Shown here: positions 60,406 to 64,000 of the stretch, piece after piece
Numbering within the stretch: the stretch's first letter is position 1
Layout of the letters: each line of letters opens with the position of its first letter
Virus record (IMG/VR): IMGVR_UViG_3300025326_000018
Location: 1-64,000 of that record
Source: a virus
DNA length: 64,000 nt
Reading direction: 5' to 3' (one strand)
Program-made: the position numbers and the translations under genes
The notes under the pieces: generated by a model
Told to the model about the DNA's origin: nothing
Seen by the model: the letters and a program-made list of their open reading frames with translations, nothing else
The model's database searches: none

Positions 60406-61224
60406 ATGGTATCGAAAGTCGAAGCCGAACTCGTCAAAGCGCTGAAACTCAAGAAGCAGAAATCCAGCGAAGGTCGGGACGATTATCTCGCTCGGGCTCT
60501 CAAGGCCATCGACGATCTCGACGATGACGGCTGGGCTGAGCTTTCCGAGGCGGCGCAGAAGTGGGCAAACGACGCGGCCAAGAAGGCCAAGGCGAAGAAG
60601 GATATCCCCGACTTCCCGAAGGACAAGGAAGACGAGGAAGAAGAGGGCGAGGAAGAAGAAGAAGAGAAGCCGGCGAAGAAGAAGTCCAAGAAGGACGACG
60701 ACGAGGAAGAGGAGACCGAGGAAGAAGAGGACGGCGAGGAAGAAGAAGAAGAAGAAGAGAAGCCGGCGAAGAAGAAGGGCAAGGAGAAAGCCAAGGAAGA
60801 TAAGAAGCCGGCGAAGGAAGAGAAGAAGCCGGCGAAGAAGAAGGCGAAGGACGACGACGAAGAGGAAGAGGAAGAGAAGGAAGAGGAGGAGACCGAGGAC
60901 GACGACGAAGACGAGGCTCCGAAGAAGAAGGGCAAGAAGGACGAGAAGTCTGCCAAGTCCGATAAGAAGGCTGCCAAGCCCGAAGCCAAGGCCGGCAAGC
61001 GCTCGGGTGCGCAGGGTGTCACGGCGAGCATCAAGAAGATCATGCTCGGCGACCCGCAGATATCGGTCGAGAACCTCACCGACGCTCTCAAGGAGAAGGG
61101 TTTCGATACGATCAGTAATATGACTGTCACGACCGTTCGCGCCGACTTCCGCCACACGCTGCGGATCATGAAGGAAGAAGGCGGCCTCAGCAAGGCGCTC
61201 TCTTCGAAGATGGACGACGAGTAG
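60406..61224 (+). CDS. Low-complexity Glu/Asp- and Lys-block protein
   Basis: Alternating EEEE and KPAKKK blocks between small folded termini. Confidence 0.8.
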   Translation: MVSKVEAELVKALKLKKQKSSEGRDDYLARALKAIDDLDDDGWAELSEAAQKWANDAAKKAKAKKDIPDFPKDKEDEEEEGEEEEEEKPAKKKSKKDDDEEEETEEEEDGEEEEEEEEKPAKKKGKEKAKEDKKPAKEEKKPAKKKAKDDDEEEEEEKEEEETEDDDEDEAPKKKGKKDEKSAKSDKKAAKPEAKAGKRSGAQGVTASIKKIMLGDPQISVENLTDALKEKGFDTISNMTVTTVRADFRHTLRIMKEEGGLSKALSSKMDDE

Positions 61225-61314
61225 ACCCACCTGTAGGGCATCTCGTTTAGAGTTGGGGCCAGGATTGACAAGATCCTGGTCCTGCTACATTGCTAACTTC
61301 CCAGGATCTTTTAC

Positions 61315-61929
61315 ATGACCCAACGACTGCCACAGGCGGGCACTCCTCACGTACTCGGATCTGATTGTATCGAGAATTTTATGGAGCGCCTCGTCGGTCC
61401 CGATGAGATGCGTCGGGCGGGTCTTAGTGAGACGCCTGCGCGGTACATGAAGGCCATGCAGTCCTTGACGCAGGGTTATCATATTGATCCCACGACGTTC
61501 CTAAAGGCGTTTGAGGATGGGGCCGAGGGCTACAACGGTCTTGTGTTTCAAGGGCAGATTCAGCTCTACAGTTTGTGTGAGCATCATATGCTCCCGTTCT
61601 TCGGAGTAGCACACGTTGGCTACATTCCCCGAGGAAAGATTATTGGCCTGTCGAAGATCGCGCGCATCGTGAATATGTTTGCGCAGCGGTTCCAGGTACA
61701 AGAACGATTGACCCGACAAGTCGCCGATGCTCTTGACGAGTATCTACAACCTGCGGCTGTGGGCGTGGTTATTCGCTGCCGTCATATGTGCATGGAGATG
61801 CGAGGCGTCCAGAAGTCGGGGACGGTGACGTACACTTCGCATCTATCAGGTGATTTCCTGAATGAGCCTGAGGCCAGGGCTGAATTCATGAAGTTTGTTG
61901 AGATGGCAGACTCGGGGTTACATATATGA
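61315..61929 (+). CDS. folE: GTP cyclohydrolase I
   Basis: ETPARY, SLCEHHMLPF.G, GLSK.AR, QVQERLT, HMCMEMRG. Confidence 0.97.
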   Translation: MTQRLPQAGTPHVLGSDCIENFMERLVGPDEMRRAGLSETPARYMKAMQSLTQGYHIDPTTFLKAFEDGAEGYNGLVFQGQIQLYSLCEHHMLPFFGVAHVGYIPRGKIIGLSKIARIVNMFAQRFQVQERLTRQVADALDEYLQPAAVGVVIRCRHMCMEMRGVQKSGTVTYTSHLSGDFLNEPEARAEFMKFVEMADSGLHI

Positions 61930-63152
61930 AAAGAATTCGAGTACATGCTCCCAAGGTGCGAACTGAGGGTTTGCAGCCTATCGATGTAGAGCTCATGCTG
62001 GACTCGGGGGCCTTTGGAGCGTGGACTCGCGGCCAGGAAATCAAGGTCCAGGACTACATTGCGTTCGTCAAGGAGTATGGTCAGTACTTTCATTCCGTCG
62101 TCAACCTTGATATTATTCCAGGTGATTTTGGAAGGACGAAGACACCCAAGGACGTTGAGATCGGAGCACAACGTTCTTACGACAATCTTCAAGAAATGAA
62201 GGCGGCAGGTTTGTCGCCTATTCCTGTGTTTCACCAAGGTGAGGAATTCCATCACCTTGAGCGACTCCTAGACGACGGTGAACCTTATATTGGGGTATCG
62301 CCATCAGGTGATTCCATCTCGCAGAACTCGGGATGGTTCGATAAGGTGTTCGACTACATCACTGATTCCTCTGGCCGTCCATATGTTAAGACTCATGGGT
62401 TCGGCGTCACAGCCGTGCCCGTGCTGCACACGTATCCTTGGTACAGCTTCGATAGTGTGACTTGGGTGATCAAGTCAGGATATGGTTGTATCTTCGTTCC
62501 TCCTGAGCTGAACGGCAAGGGCTCTGGGTTTAACTACAGCTGCAACCCGATATCAGTTTGGGTGACAGGATCTCCTAGAAAGAACGACCGATACGAGATG
62601 GAGATGCAGGGTCCAGAGTATCAGAGGTTGGCGCGGCGCTTCATCGAAGACGAGGTGAAGACGCAGATGCATTACCTTCGACATGATCCATATGTACGTA
62701 TGGAAGCCATGGCGATCTATTATCAGAACTTGTCGCGCATGCTTCCTTACAAACCGTATCGGAAGAAAGGCACGCTGCTACCAAGCCAGAGTACTTACGA
62801 CCTTCCGACGTGGAAGATGAAGAAAGCGATCTTTGCGGTAGGCCCTACTGGAAACGTGCGCCGGTCTGCAATTTTAAACAGACTCGGTATCGCCGAGAGG
62901 CTTTTGTCTTACTTCGATTTGCGTGATGCCGACCCTGCGGAGATTATTGCTTACGCGAAGTATGGGGCAGTGAAGGCGCCGCCGGCTCGAAGGACTCTGA
63001 AGTTTAAGAACATCCATCGCGAGGAGTATTGGAATCGTCGGAAGATCCAATTAGCTGACAGAGTGTTTCGTAGAGGTTCTACTCCTCCTTACATTGACCC
63101 CAAAGATGCCTATTGGCTAGAGCAGATAAAGGATAAACTTGATGAAGCGTGA
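61926..63152 (+). CDS. TGT/DpdA-like deazaguanine transglycosylase
   Basis: MLDSGAF, VNLDII, PIPVFHQG, HGFG, YPWYSFDSVTW. Confidence 0.7.
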   Translation: MKRIRVHAPKVRTEGLQPIDVELMLDSGAFGAWTRGQEIKVQDYIAFVKEYGQYFHSVVNLDIIPGDFGRTKTPKDVEIGAQRSYDNLQEMKAAGLSPIPVFHQGEEFHHLERLLDDGEPYIGVSPSGDSISQNSGWFDKVFDYITDSSGRPYVKTHGFGVTAVPVLHTYPWYSFDSVTWVIKSGYGCIFVPPELNGKGSGFNYSCNPISVWVTGSPRKNDRYEMEMQGPEYQRLARRFIEDEVKTQMHYLRHDPYVRMEAMAIYYQNLSRMLPYKPYRKKGTLLPSQSTYDLPTWKMKKAIFAVGPTGNVRRSAILNRLGIAERLLSYFDLRDADPAEIIAYAKYGAVKAPPARRTLKFKNIHREEYWNRRKIQLADRVFRRGSTPPYIDPKDAYWLEQIKDKLDEA

Positions 63153-64000
63153 GAGTCTACTAGGAGTCCTTTCTACTGTCGATCCCGCGTTGGCGGCGAA
63201 CGATCTGATCCCGGTCCTGACCCACTACTGGTTTACGGGTAAGGCGGTAATGGCATACAACGATGTCGTCGCTATTGCAGCGCCGTACAAGACCGAGTTT
63301 AAAGGAGCGATCCGCGGATCACTTCTTGGCGGTGTCCTGAGCAAGCTCGCCGGCGACGATGTCTTGTTCACACAAGGGGACAACTCTATGGTTATCAAGT
63401 CGGGTCGGTCCCGGCTCGAGGTTCCTCTGTTGCCGCCTGATTCCTTCCTATTCACCTTTCCGAAGGTTGATGAGGACGACGCAATGTTGTCCCTCGATGA
63501 GGAAAGCAAGCCGGCTTTGATCCGAGCCTTTGACATTTGCCTGCAATCGCTCAGCCGGCGTGTATCTGAACCGCAGCGGCTGGGAATTACTGTTGTCCCT
63601 GAGTCGAAAAAGGCTCTTACGTTCTACAGCACTGATTCCGTAACGTTGTCTTCCGCTCCTGTTGCGGCCGACGGACATGGTCTTGAGAAGCACGTCACCA
63701 TGTCCAAGTTGTTCTGCGAAAGTGCGCTCAAGTTGATGCAGCGCAAAGACGTGAAGGAAGTGAAGCTATACCTTGACGATGAGTACGCCCTCATGCTGTT
63801 TGACAACGGCGTCAAACTGTATGGCCGACTCATCGATGATCCTAATCCTCCGAAGTTCAAGGAGATCGTGGGGAACTATCTCCCGAAGGGCAAGGGCAAC
63901 GGAATGGTCCCGGTTCCGGCCGGACTGTCGGCAGCACTAGAGCGCGCCTACCTTGTTGTGCATAAAGCGTTGGAGCCGGTAACGAAGCTTCGGGTGGCTG
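63142..64000 (+). CDS. DNA polymerase sliding clamp (beta/DnaN-like), runs off the window
   Basis: Frame read manually: MKRESLLGVLSTV...LIPVLTHYWF...AYND...STDSVTLS; not in the ORF track because it has no stop in the window. Confidence 0.65.
   Translation, partial: MKRESLLGVLSTVDPALAANDLIPVLTHYWFTGKAVMAYNDVVAIAAPYKTEFKGAIRGSLLGGVLSKLAGDDVLFTQGDNSMVIKSGRSRLEVPLLPPDSFLFTFPKVDEDDAMLSLDEESKPALIRAFDICLQSLSRRVSEPQRLGITVVPESKKALTFYSTDSVTLSSAPVAADGHGLEKHVTMSKLFCESALKLMQRKDVKEVKLYLDDEYALMLFDNGVKLYGRLIDDPNPPKFKEIVGNYLPKGKGNGMVPVPAGLSAALERAYLVVHKALEPVTKLRVA

Noticed and set aside
60358-61271. Long alternative-frame and antisense ORFs over the Glu/Lys-rich gene; similar shadows over 7585-9268 and 51722-52247
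   Set aside because: Shadow ORFs from low complexity and GC3 codon bias of the real genes.
1-64000. tRNA, rRNA, integrase, terminase or portal genes
   Set aside because: None recognised by eye; terminase and portal probably lie upstream of position 1. tRNAscan was not run.

Overview
About 64 kb of a large tailed dsDNA phage genome (siphovirus-type tail), probably infecting an alphaproteobacterium; the host is inferred from the gene families and promoter style. 1-27.9 kb (+) is the virion and lysis module. It is interrupted by two glycosyl-/methyltransferase cassettes and carries a MuF-ADP-ribosyltransferase fusion, a ChaB-Acb1-XkdF protease fusion and a class II ribonucleotide reductase inside the lysis cassette. 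27.9-33.1 kb (-) holds small early genes. 33.1-34.2 kb is a divergent non-coding region with a 13-8-13 palindrome. 34.2-64 kb (+) has replication genes (DnaB-like helicase, SNF2 helicase, primase, beta-clamp), a scattered 7-deazaguanine pathway (folE, queD, queE, queC, TGT/DpdA-like) and early-gene cassettes behind a repeated promoter. The standout is 36.1-39.1 kb: two arrays with strict 18-nt (36-nt dual-repeat) periodicity and mostly unique 9-nt spacers flank a nuclease-less IS110/Nop-domain gene, matching a TIGR-TasA-type RNA-guided system. Two covarying type II hammerhead ribozymes and a structured leader of about 300 nt lie at 49.8-51.1 kb. All calls come from reading motifs by eye; no database searches or folding programs were run.
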